DNA of 42,149 nucleotides from positions 1 through 42,149 of the forward strand of contig WJKR01000009.1 of assembly GCA_014729015.1 (NCBI GenBank), read 5' to 3'. Below, piece by piece: positions 9,285-18,303 of the stretch; positions within the stretch are counted from its first letter, which is position 1; each line of letters opens with the position of its first letter. Below the pieces are notes generated by a model, which made no database searches, had not been told where the DNA came from, and saw only the letters and a program-made list of their open reading frames with translations. This DNA comes from Candidatus Woesearchaeota archaeon. GTDB lineage: Archaea > Nanobdellota > Nanobdellia > Woesearchaeales > WJKR01. The position numbers were made by a program, and so were the translations under genes.

Positions 9285-11135
9285 ATGAAAAAAACGTATG
9301 CATTACTGGTGATGGCGCTCATGGCCATGAGTTTGGTACCGGGAGCCACCGCGGTGAACACCGATAACGCGCTTGTCTCGACGAACGCTGCCGACGCGTC
9401 GAACACTACCGTGACTTCAGGGGACGACGACACCCCTGCTCCTGTGCTGACGAACAATGGGGACAGCACGTTCTATGATGCCTGCGTGTCCCGCGTGCAC
9501 CAGGAGTTTCCTGCCGCCGATGACGACCGGGCGGTGAGGTTCTGCCGTAAGGTCGCAGGCACCGCGGCGGTCGCGAGGTGCAAGCAGTACGTCCGTGAAG
9601 AGTTCCCCCACGCAGCTGCGGGCAAGCCGCTGGCATTCTGCAACGCCGTGATGGGATTGGTGGTCGCCGCTGATGACACTGCAGAAGCGGTCACTGCGGT
9701 GAGTAGCACGAAGACCCATTATGAGCGCTGCAAGGAGGTCTTGCTGGATGAGTTCCCAGGCGCTGACGAGCAACGCGTCCACCGATTCTGCGGTTTGAAG
9801 ACCATGACGAGGAACACGTGTGTCCGGCACTTGCGCAGCGAGTTCCCGGACAAGGAAGACGCTAACATCGTCCGCACCTGCAACCAGATAACCACTGCGG
9901 TCGCTGCAGCAGCGATTGAGAGCAACGTTCCTTCGTTGACTGCTGAGCAACGAGCACGACTCGAAAAACTTGAGATTGCCGAGGTGCGCAAAATAGTTGC
10001 TAATCATCCGAAGATTGCGAGGAAGATTGCTGCGTTCACCAATGCAGAAGTCGAGAAGCTAGGGAAACTTGACCGTGCTCGCCTCAAAGTATACGCTGGG
10101 AAGACCCCTGAAGAGATCAAGGAGGCACTGAAAAAGGTGCATGTCACCAGGGTCAAGAAGGAGGAGGCTTTCCGCAAACGGGTCGTCTCTGAGGAGCGGC
10201 TGCGAGCAGCCGAGAAGAAGTACCATAATGCGGTGCGGCATTACAACGCTGCGAAGGACGATTTCGTAGAGCAGAAGCGAGCATGGGAAGAGGCGGTGGA
10301 AGCAGGCGATGAGGCGGCCGCGATCGAGCACGCAAAAGCGTACTTGGGCCACGCCGTGGACATGGTCATCGAGTCTTTGGAGAAAGTGAGGGCGAAGATC
10401 GAAGCAAACGATGACATGGCTGAAGAGGACGTCGCTGAAGCGCTCGCTGATATCGACGAGAAGATCAGCACGATGGCATCATTACAGGAAGAGCTCGAAG
10501 CCGCTGAGACCAAGGAAGCGGTCAAGGCGGTGGGGAAGAAGATTCTTGCTGCTTGGGAGCGCACCAAGCACCGGCTCCACGTGCACGCGGAGAAGGTGGT
10601 GCGATCGCAGGTCGGTGAGATCATGTCCCGCAGCGAAGTGCTAGAGCAGCACTTGGACCGCTTGTTGGCGAAGATGGAAGAAGGTGGCATAGACGTCAGT
10701 GACTACGATGGAAAACTCGAGCTTTTCAGTGAGAAGATAGCTGATGCCCGGGAGAAGTTCAAGGCGTCAGAGGACTTGTTTGAGCAGGCGAAAGACGAAT
10801 ATGACCGGGACGCCTTCCAACGATCGAAGGAGCTCGCCCGAGAAGCCCATGACTTGCTGAAAGAGGCTCACCAGATATTGGTGGAGCTCGTGAGGGACGT
10901 GAAACAAGCCGGCTTCGACGTCGATGACGACGAGGAATACGTGGAAGTCATCGAAGAGGATGAGGACGACGAAGCGGTCGTTTGCTGTATGGCGATGACT
11001 GCTGAGTGCTTGGCATGCGTTGCCGGAGAGGACGTCGAAGACTACTGTGCCGACCACCCTGAAACTGCTGGTTGCGACGAGTACGTCGAAGGCGAGGAAG
11101 AAGGTAACGATACCGGCGGGAACGAGACCGCGTAA
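9285..11135 (+). CDS. Secreted coiled-coil protein with four Cys-EFP repeats and acidic Cys-rich C-terminus
   Basis: GGAGG RBS, signal peptide MKKTYALLVMALMAMSLVPGATA, long helical region; function unknown. Confidence 0.85.
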   Translation: MKKTYALLVMALMAMSLVPGATAVNTDNALVSTNAADASNTTVTSGDDDTPAPVLTNNGDSTFYDACVSRVHQEFPAADDDRAVRFCRKVAGTAAVARCKQYVREEFPHAAAGKPLAFCNAVMGLVVAADDTAEAVTAVSSTKTHYERCKEVLLDEFPGADEQRVHRFCGLKTMTRNTCVRHLRSEFPDKEDANIVRTCNQITTAVAAAAIESNVPSLTAEQRARLEKLEIAEVRKIVANHPKIARKIAAFTNAEVEKLGKLDRARLKVYAGKTPEEIKEALKKVHVTRVKKEEAFRKRVVSEERLRAAEKKYHNAVRHYNAAKDDFVEQKRAWEEAVEAGDEAAAIEHAKAYLGHAVDMVIESLEKVRAKIEANDDMAEEDVAEALADIDEKISTMASLQEELEAAETKEAVKAVGKKILAAWERTKHRLHVHAEKVVRSQVGEIMSRSEVLEQHLDRLLAKMEEGGIDVSDYDGKLELFSEKIADAREKFKASEDLFEQAKDEYDRDAFQRSKELAREAHDLLKEAHQILVELVRDVKQAGFDVDDDEEYVEVIEEDEDDEAVVCCMAMTAECLACVAGEDVEDYCADHPETAGCDEYVEGEEEGNDTGGNETA

Positions 11136-11190
11136 AGCGCAAAGCATTTATATGAAGATGATTTTGTGCGAAACCGTGAGGTGATTGTTC

Positions 11191-11397
11191 ATGCGCTACG
11201 CATTCCTGATGATTGTTGCCCTCTCATTGTTGTTGGCCGGCTGCGGCACCCTCGAGGAGATGCAGACGCCCAGCGACGCCTCGTCCTCTCCTGATGGGGT
11301 GGCGGGTGACGCCGTGGTCAACACATCTGTCGAGGATGACCTGGTCGGGGACGACCTTGACGACGCGTTGAGCGGCATCGACCTCGATGACTGGTGA
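11191..11397 (+). CDS. Small acidic lipoprotein
   Basis: GAGGTGA RBS; lipobox LLLAGC; acidic tail; followed by long T tract. Confidence 0.7.
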   Translation: MRYAFLMIVALSLLLAGCGTLEEMQTPSDASSSPDGVAGDAVVNTSVEDDLVGDDLDDALSGIDLDDW

Positions 11398-11398
11398 C

Positions 11399-11416
11399 CT
11401 TTTTTTTTCTTCTTTT
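11399..11416 (+). terminator. Oligo-T terminator
   Basis: T-rich run directly after the lipoprotein stop. Confidence 0.5.
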
Positions 11417-11462
11417 CCTTCTTTAAATAACTATTATATACGATGAGCGTTTCCTCGGTGCC

Positions 11463-12530
11463 ATGGAGCCGGTAATCATTGACGGCAGCGAGGGCGAAGG
11501 GGGCGGTGCCATGCTCCGGCAGGCGCTGGGGCTCAGCATGCTCCTGGGCAAGCCGTTCGTTATGGAGAACATTCGCGTCGGCAGGAAGAACCCAGGGCTG
11601 TCCTGGCAGCACCTCACCGCCTTGAATGCGGCGCACCAGGCCTGCGACGCGCGGGTGGAAGGCAACCAGATAGGCTCGATGACGGTCTCTTTTGCCCCTG
11701 GCAAGTTGGAGAAGACGCGGTTGTCCTTGGATATCGGCACCGCCGGTTCTGTCACGTTGCTGCTCCAGGCGTTCTTGCTCCCGGCGTTGTTCTCCGGCCA
11801 AGAGTTCCGCCTCGCCGTCAAGGGCGGGACCGACGTGGCGTGGAGCATCCCCGCAGATTATTTCAGCAACGTGCTGTTGCCGCAGCTGAAGAAGTACGCG
11901 GACGCCTCGTTGCTTGTACGGAAGCGGGGGTTCTACCCGAAAGGCGGCGGCGAGGTCTTGTTCACGAGCAAAGGGAGGTATGCGTTCGGTGAAGGATTGC
12001 CCCGTATTGCTTTGCTGGAGCAAGGCGACGTGTTCAAGGTCGGCGGGCTGAGCTGTGCGTCATCATTCCTGCAGCCTTCCCGCGTCGCTGAGCGGCAGGC
12101 GAGCAGCGCTCGTCTTTCCTTGGCACGATTAGGCGTGCCCGTCGATGTCATGATGAACTATCTGCAGACCCTGAGTCCCGGAAGCTACCTCGTGCTGTGG
12201 GTGGTCTGCGGCGGCGAGGAAGGCTTGGACATGGAGAACCCGGTCTTGCTGGGCGCTTCTGCGCTCGGCGAGCGCTCGTTACGCGCCGAATCAGTGGGCG
12301 AAGCTGCGGCGAAGGACCTGCGGGAAACGCTGATGAGCGGCGCTGCGTGCGACGAGCACCTCGCCGACCAGCTGATACCGATCATGGCCTTGACCGGCGG
12401 AAAGCTGCGCACGAGCAAGATTTCTCGGCACGCCCGCAGCAACGTCTACGTGGCGGAACAATTCCTGGACGTGTTGTTCGTGGTGGATGAAGAACGGAAT
12501 ATCATCAGCTGCGAGCCCGCTTCCGCTTAG
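11463..12530 (+). CDS. rtcA: RNA 3'-terminal phosphate cyclase
   Basis: IDGSEGEGGG, NIRVGRKNPGL, TAGSVTLLLQ, GGTDV, RGFYPKGGG, DEHLADQLI (catalytic His). Confidence 0.95.
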   Translation: MEPVIIDGSEGEGGGAMLRQALGLSMLLGKPFVMENIRVGRKNPGLSWQHLTALNAAHQACDARVEGNQIGSMTVSFAPGKLEKTRLSLDIGTAGSVTLLLQAFLLPALFSGQEFRLAVKGGTDVAWSIPADYFSNVLLPQLKKYADASLLVRKRGFYPKGGGEVLFTSKGRYAFGEGLPRIALLEQGDVFKVGGLSCASSFLQPSRVAERQASSARLSLARLGVPVDVMMNYLQTLSPGSYLVLWVVCGGEEGLDMENPVLLGASALGERSLRAESVGEAAAKDLRETLMSGAACDEHLADQLIPIMALTGGKLRTSKISRHARSNVYVAEQFLDVLFVVDEERNIISCEPASA

Positions 12531-14323
12531 CGTTCGAGCATGGCGAGGTGGAGGTCGGCGTAGAGCTCCCTGACAGCATCGTAGACCATGTCTTTTTCTT
12601 GGCCGGTGAGCTTTCCCTGCTCGTGCAGCCGCCGGAGCTCGTCGTAGAGCTGTTTCGCCTTGTCGAAATCCTTCTCCGCGATGGCTTTGGTGCAGTCGTC
12701 GATCTTCGTGACGATGTAGTGGTGCTCTTGCTCGAGCGCGGGTTTCGGGATGTCCTTGAACGAGATGTGGTCGGTCTTGATCTCCTTGAGCGCGTGCTGG
12801 AGGTATTTCTGGAAGCCCTCGTTGTCAATCTCGCGCTTCATCTTCTCGACCTCCGCCCGTTGGCTGCTGATGTCGTTGTCGACGGCGATGATCTTGTCCA
12901 CGGTGCCTTGGACGAGTTGCTCCCGTCGCTGCATGCGCTCCTCGTACGCCTTTTTCTCTGACTCGTACGCCTCCCGCTGTGCTTGCAGCGTGGCCATGCC
13001 GATGCGCAACTGCTCCTGCTCCTGCTCGAACTTCGCCCGCCCGTCCATGAGCGCTTGTTCGTCCGTCTTCTTCTTCTCGGCGAGGCCTGCTTCTCGCTGC
13101 TTGAGCTCTGCTTGTCGCTTGTCATAGGCCTCCTGCGCTTCTCGCTCCCGCCGGTCGAGGTCTCCCTCTCGTTGCGTGAGCTGTTGGACGACTCCTTCCT
13201 GCTCCTGGAGGAATGATTCCGCCGCTGCCTGTTGCTGCGCCAGCCGCTCTTCCTGCTCCTTGATATCCGCTGCCCAACTCTCCTGCTGTTCTCGGAGCCG
13301 AGCTTCTTGGTCTTTGAGCTCTTGCCGCACGCGCTTGAGCGCCTCTTCCCGCTCGGCGACCTGTTCCTCCTGGTGGTGGAGTTGGCGTACCTCCGCTGCG
13401 AGTGTCTCTCTGAGCTGGTGGTAGCGCTCGTCGAACGATTGCTGGTATGCCTGGAGCCCTTTGATGAGCTTTGCTTGGAGCTGCGGTGGGTTGAGCCTCG
13501 CCGACTGGCTTGCCCGCTGCGCGAGGTCGGCGATGCGCTGGACGAGCTCCTCCTTGTGCTCGGTGACGAGGTGCTGGTACGTCTCTTCGTCCATGAGCTC
13601 GAGCGCCTGCCGAAGGTCGTGGATGTTGCGGATGAGCGTCTCGTCCTTCTTGACGAGGAGCTTCTCGAGCGCTGCTGCGGTGGCGCCTTTGAGTGATGGC
13701 TGGCTGACCGCTGCATGGAGCTGGTCGAGTCTCGCCGACTGCTGCTGTTTGAGGTCTTCGAACTGCTGCTCCACTGGCGCTTCCTGCACATTCGCCACCG
13801 ACACGTCGTGGTCGAGCACCGCTCTGGTGCGCAGCGCTTGGTCAATCGTCTTGATGGCTGATTCCTTGTCCGCCGCTTCGCCGAGCTTGACGGCGAGGTC
13901 GGCGTCTGACAACTCGTGGTTCGTCCACGCCGTGAGGTCCTTCATTTGTTGGCGCTTCTTGAACTCCTCGGGCGTCATCGCGCCGACGGCTCGCTTAAGG
14001 TCGGCGAGCGTGAGCGCCTGCTTGCCGTCCGGCGTCTTGATGGCGACGGCCCGCTGCTTTTTGGTGAGCGATTGTTTCATGTCACCGAGTTGCCGCTCGA
14101 GGTCTGCCGAGCGCTTCCGCGCTCGGGGGCTGGCTTGCGCTTCGGTCTGCGCCTCGGCCGCTTCTTCGGGCAGCGGCTTCGGCATCTCCTTCTTGAGCTC
14201 TTCCTTGAGAAGCGAGACGTCTCGCCCTGAAGGTTTCTTCTTGCCGAAGAGCTTGCTGAACACCCCTGTCTTCTCGTCGCTTCCTCGTGGGAGAAGTGGC
14301 GGCCGTACTTCCTCATCGCTCAC
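12527..14323 (-). CDS. Long coiled-coil protein with two degenerate DUF5752-like units
   Basis: Units PDGKQALTLADLKRAVGAMTPEEF...DLTAW and DETLIRNIHDLRQALELMDEETYQHLV; Q/E-rich coiled coil; GTG start with GGGTGA RBS. Confidence 0.7.
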   Translation of the reverse strand: MSDEEVRPPLLPRGSDEKTGVFSKLFGKKKPSGRDVSLLKEELKKEMPKPLPEEAAEAQTEAQASPRARKRSADLERQLGDMKQSLTKKQRAVAIKTPDGKQALTLADLKRAVGAMTPEEFKKRQQMKDLTAWTNHELSDADLAVKLGEAADKESAIKTIDQALRTRAVLDHDVSVANVQEAPVEQQFEDLKQQQSARLDQLHAAVSQPSLKGATAAALEKLLVKKDETLIRNIHDLRQALELMDEETYQHLVTEHKEELVQRIADLAQRASQSARLNPPQLQAKLIKGLQAYQQSFDERYHQLRETLAAEVRQLHHQEEQVAEREEALKRVRQELKDQEARLREQQESWAADIKEQEERLAQQQAAAESFLQEQEGVVQQLTQREGDLDRREREAQEAYDKRQAELKQREAGLAEKKKTDEQALMDGRAKFEQEQEQLRIGMATLQAQREAYESEKKAYEERMQRREQLVQGTVDKIIAVDNDISSQRAEVEKMKREIDNEGFQKYLQHALKEIKTDHISFKDIPKPALEQEHHYIVTKIDDCTKAIAEKDFDKAKQLYDELRRLHEQGKLTGQEKDMVYDAVRELYADLHLAMLER

Positions 14324-14437
14324 GCATACTCACCCTCTTTTTTACCCTTTGCCTCTGCGGTGATGCGAGGGGCCGCCATATAAAAATGTTTTGTTCCTGT
14401 CACAAGCTTTTTATACTTCGTCCCTCTGGGTGGGGGT

Positions 14438-14815
14438 ATGGATGCGCAGCAGCAGGTGATGTATAAGCAGCTCGCCGCACAGGTCGCGCAGAGCGTGGAC
14501 CGCCTGGAACGGTTGGTGGATAACGTGGATGAGGCAGAGGTCGTCGTCCGGCGGACCAAGGCCCGGCAGCAAGAGTTCCAGAAGTCGTTCGCCGCGCAGG
14601 TCGCCGTCGAGGCAGTGCAGGTGGAGGGTGTCGACGCGTTGCTGCGTGAGGCGTTGCGGGAGACGGGCGAGGTCATGCTGCGTTTCCGGGAATTGGTGAA
14701 GTTGGACGCGTTGGACGTGTTGCGGGAGAAGGTCGATCGGTTCCCTTTCGAGTTCTTCGTGACCAAGGACGAGTTTTCCGCTATGCTTGCCGAGGCGTTG
14801 CGATTGCGGCTTTGA
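14438..14815 (+). CDS. Hypothetical helical protein
   Basis: TTTTATA box and GGGGGT RBS upstream; protein-like composition. Confidence 0.65.
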   Translation: MDAQQQVMYKQLAAQVAQSVDRLERLVDNVDEAEVVVRRTKARQQEFQKSFAAQVAVEAVQVEGVDALLREALRETGEVMLRFRELVKLDALDVLREKVDRFPFEFFVTKDEFSAMLAEALRLRL

Positions 14816-15662
14816 GGCTCTTGATGGCGACGGCTGCTTGCGCCGCGTCGGGTTCCTTAGTAGTGAGCCGTTGGAGGAGGAGTCCGGGCACGAGCAATGG
14901 TCTCATGAGCGCCTTCTCATGATGCTTGCCACTCAGCTTGATGAGCTCGTAGCTGATGCCCGCGATGAGCGGCAGGAATGCCACTCGTAGGGCGAGTTTT
15001 GCCCAGAACCCTGTGTTGAGCGGGATGGCGAGGTAGACGATGATGCTGATGAGGAACACGAAGAGGATGAACGTCGTGCCGCAGCGGGGGTGGAACCTGC
15101 TGCTGGCCAGGACGTTCTTGACCGTGACTTTTTTCCCTGCTTCGTAGCAGTTGATACTCTTGTGCTCTGAGCCGTGGTATTGGAGCAGCCGGTAGACGTC
15201 CTTGAGGTGGCTGATCATCCAGATGTAACCGATGAGCAGCCCTATCTTGACGAACCCGTCGACGAGGTTGAACAGGACGTTGCCGCTCTGTGTCCGTTCT
15301 TGGAAGATGGTGGCGATGAACAGGGGCAGCAGTTTGAAGATCGCGATGCTGAGCACGATGGCGAAGAGGATAGTCAGGACGAGCTCCCACACGCTGAAGT
15401 CGCCCTCCTCTTCCAACGCTTGGTTGCTGCTCCAAATCGTGGCTTTCATGCCGATGATGATGATCTCGAACAGGTTGATGACACCCCTGATGAAGGGCCA
15501 TCCCAGGATGCGTAATCGTTCCGTCCAACTCGTGTACTGGTCCTTCTTGAGCTTGATCCTGTCGGTTGGCGTCCTGACCGCGATGGTGATGCGGTCATTG
15601 TTGCGCATCATTACACCTTCCATGACTGCTTGGCCCCCGACGGCGAGCGATTCTTCTGGCAT
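14781..15662 (-). CDS. DUF1385 family membrane protein (putative metal-dependent enzyme)
   Basis: VGGQAVMEGVMMR, QYHGSEHKSIN, RFHPRCGTTF, LQRLTTKEP. Confidence 0.92.
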   Translation of the reverse strand: MPEESLAVGGQAVMEGVMMRNNDRITIAVRTPTDRIKLKKDQYTSWTERLRILGWPFIRGVINLFEIIIIGMKATIWSSNQALEEEGDFSVWELVLTILFAIVLSIAIFKLLPLFIATIFQERTQSGNVLFNLVDGFVKIGLLIGYIWMISHLKDVYRLLQYHGSEHKSINCYEAGKKVTVKNVLASSRFHPRCGTTFILFVFLISIIVYLAIPLNTGFWAKLALRVAFLPLIAGISYELIKLSGKHHEKALMRPLLVPGLLLQRLTTKEPDAAQAAVAIKSLKAAIATPRQA

Positions 15663-15872
15663 GGGAACCGTGAGGAAGCGGCGTGTTTTAATAGGTTGCG
15701 CTTTTCTGGCGATGACCAGTAACTATTTAAATGGTGGAGGTTTCTACTCTGCATACTCGGCTGGAACAGAAGTGTCACCGGACTCGTTCTGTTTCCTCAA
15801 CGGTCATCGTTGGGTTTTTGACGTCACGAAGCGTCATCAAGCACAGTAAGGACAAAAGTGAAGTGATGAAAT

Positions 15873-17060
15873 ATGGTTACATTCGCAGATTTCGGTTTGA
15901 AGCAGGAGCTCCTGCGCGCGTTGGACGACCTCGGTTTCTCGGAGCCGACCGCAATCCAGGAACAGGCCGTCCCGCTCGTCCTCGCAGGAGAGGACGTCAT
16001 CGGCATGTCTTATACGGGCAGCGGCAAAACCGCTGCTTTTGGCGTGCCGTTGCTGCACAACGTCGAGGACGGCTACGGCTTGCAGGTTCTCATCCTCTCG
16101 CCGACGAGGGAATTGGCGGTGCAGATCGCCGGCGAGCTGGAGAAGTTTGGCAAGTACATCGTCTGCAACGTCGCGACCGTGTATGGCGGCGTGGCGTACG
16201 AGCCGCAGCTCCGCGCGATGAAGGAGGCGCACGTCTTGGTCGCCACGCCCGGCCGACTCTTAGACCATCTGCGCCAGGGCAACGTCGACTTGTCCGGTAT
16301 CTTCTCCACAGTATTAGACGAGGCTGACAAGATGGTCGAGATGGGCTTCATCGAGGACGTCGAGGACATCTTGTCGTACACGCCTGAGGACCGCCAGCTC
16401 TTGTTGTTCGGCGCCACCCTTGCCGGTGAGATCGAACGCATCAAGGAGCAGTACATGTTCGAGCCCAAGGTCGCGAAGGCGACGCTCCACGTCGATGACG
16501 ACTTGCTGCGGCAGTATTATTACAATGTGAGGCCGCACGAGAAGTTCTCGTTGTTGCTGCACTTGTTGCGCAAGGAGCGGACCGACCAGGTCATGGTGTT
16601 CTGCTCGACGCGGTCGACGGTGGAGCTGGTCTCGGACAATTTGTCCTTGCAGGGCGTTGAGAACGTGATTATCCATGGTAAGATGGCGCAGAACTCCCGC
16701 CTGCGCGCCATTAGCAGGTTTAACCGCGGCGAGGTCAAGGTCTTGGTCGCCTCGGCGGTGGCTGCTCGCGGCTTGGATATCAAGGACGTGTCGCACGTCT
16801 TCAACTACGATGTCTCTCAGGACCCTCAGGAGTACGTGCACCGGATCGGCCGGACAGCGCGTGCCGGCGAGTCGGGCAAGGCGATCACGTTGTTGGCGCC
16901 GCAGGACCATGACGCGTTCAGCCTGGTGTTCCGGAACTATGGCATCTCGCCCGAGGAGTTGCCGTGTGAGCGTTTCCGGCGCGTGCCGTTCCGGACGGGC
17001 GCTGCTCGGAAGAATGGATCGGCCCGTCGTCCTCGTCGGAGGCCTACTCCTCGTAGGTAA
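15873..17060 (+). CDS. DEAD-box RNA helicase
   Basis: Q motif (GFSEPTAIQ), TGSGKT, PTRELA, TPGRL, DEAD, ARGLD, YVHRIGRTARAG; motif III reads GAT; Arg-rich tail. Confidence 0.95.
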   Translation: MVTFADFGLKQELLRALDDLGFSEPTAIQEQAVPLVLAGEDVIGMSYTGSGKTAAFGVPLLHNVEDGYGLQVLILSPTRELAVQIAGELEKFGKYIVCNVATVYGGVAYEPQLRAMKEAHVLVATPGRLLDHLRQGNVDLSGIFSTVLDEADKMVEMGFIEDVEDILSYTPEDRQLLLFGATLAGEIERIKEQYMFEPKVAKATLHVDDDLLRQYYYNVRPHEKFSLLLHLLRKERTDQVMVFCSTRSTVELVSDNLSLQGVENVIIHGKMAQNSRLRAISRFNRGEVKVLVASAVAARGLDIKDVSHVFNYDVSQDPQEYVHRIGRTARAGESGKAITLLAPQDHDAFSLVFRNYGISPEELPCERFRRVPFRTGAARKNGSARRPRRRPTPRR

Positions 17061-17709
17061 TGTTGCTGTTGTGGTAGACGCCTTTGTGCAGGGTGACCGG
17101 CCGCCAGTCGTCCTTGACCAGCGTTGCGTCAAGCCATTGCGCGAGCTCTTCGGGGTTGCCGATGGTGGCTGAGAGCGCGATGAGCTGTAGGTGCGGCAGG
17201 AGTTTTCTGAGGATGGCGATGACGACTTCTAGGGTTGGTCCACGGTTCGGGTCGTTGAGGAGGTGCACTTCGTCGAAGACGACGGTCTTCACCGTTTTGA
17301 GCCAGGGCGCGTGGTGGCGGAGCAGGGAGTCGAGTTTTTCGCTCGTAAGCACGATGAGGTCGTAGCGTTCGAGGTGTGTATCAGCGCTGTCGATGTCACC
17401 GCTGCTCATCCCGATATTGATGCCTGGGTAGGCCTTGGTGAACTGCTTGTGCTTCTCGTTCGCCAATGCTCTGAGCGGGACGACGTACAACGCCTTGCCG
17501 TGGTCGTGGATGATGCCGTTCAGCGCTGCGAGTTCCGCCACTAAGGTCTTTCCTGAGGCGGTCGGCGTGCAGACGAGGAGGTTCTCGTCGTCGAAGAGCC
17601 CTGCGTCGATGCTCTTGACTTGGCTTGGCCTTAGGGTGTTGAACCCTTTTTTTTCGAGCAATGCGAAGACTTTCGGCGGTATTTTTTGCTTGAGCTTACT
17701 CACTTGCAT
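17044..17709 (-). CDS. Hel308/Ski2-like helicase, N-terminal RecA domain only (split or truncated)
   Basis: LRPSQ, PTASGKT, VPLRALANEK, TSEKLDSLLR, DEVH, RGPTLEV, LSAT, WRPV; ORF ends at the domain 1/2 linker. Confidence 0.85.
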   Translation of the reverse strand: MQVSKLKQKIPPKVFALLEKKGFNTLRPSQVKSIDAGLFDDENLLVCTPTASGKTLVAELAALNGIIHDHGKALYVVPLRALANEKHKQFTKAYPGINIGMSSGDIDSADTHLERYDLIVLTSEKLDSLLRHHAPWLKTVKTVVFDEVHLLNDPNRGPTLEVVIAILRKLLPHLQLIALSATIGNPEELAQWLDATLVKDDWRPVTLHKGVYHNSNITYEE

Positions 17710-17811
17710 GGTGATGAGTGGTTTGCCGCAGCTTATATATCTTGTTTCTCGTTTTCTTTCCGGAAGAGTTGCAACGATACTTTTTTATAATTGGATGTGC
17801 TTGGGGTGGTC

Positions 17812-18261
17812 ATGGTCGGGGAGACGCCGGGGATGAAGGACGCTGTTGACGATTTCAGGGCGAGCCGTGAGAACGCGAGCCAGGTGTTTTCCTCGAAGCT
17901 CGTGGTCGACGCCGCCGAGATTCGTCGGTTGGACGACCACGTCACGCATTTCTTGAAGCAGCTGCGCCAGGATGCTGCCAACCATGAGGTCGAGGTGTTG
18001 CGGAAGCACGCGAAGGAGTTCGAGGACGAGCTGCATGACGAGTTGGGCTTCTTGTTCAAGGCGACGAAGCAGGACCTGGAGTTGTACCAGAAGATTCTGC
18101 GGTCGTTGGCTGCGTACCGGAAGGAGTTGCGCTCCTTGCTCGGCGACCGCGAATTGGGGACTTTGGCCCATTCAGAGCTGAACTACGCCGACCTCTTGCT
18201 GAAGACGGCGCATGAGAAGCTGGACACGTTGATGCTCTTGTTCAAGAAGCTGCAGGTGTGA
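17812..18261 (+). CDS. Hypothetical helical protein
   Basis: TTTTATAA box and GGGGTGG RBS before ATG 17812; directly upstream of the Ski2-like helicase. Confidence 0.65.
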   Translation: MVGETPGMKDAVDDFRASRENASQVFSSKLVVDAAEIRRLDDHVTHFLKQLRQDAANHEVEVLRKHAKEFEDELHDELGFLFKATKQDLELYQKILRSLAAYRKELRSLLGDRELGTLAHSELNYADLLLKTAHEKLDTLMLLFKKLQV

Positions 18262-18303
18262 ATCCCCGATAGTCTTATAAACACTTCTTGTTCCTGGTTG
18301 CGT

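Noticed and set aside
12838..14363. Long alternative-frame ORFs (12838..13845 -, 13461..14363 +)
   Set aside because: Ser/Arg-rich frame artefacts of the coiled-coil gene
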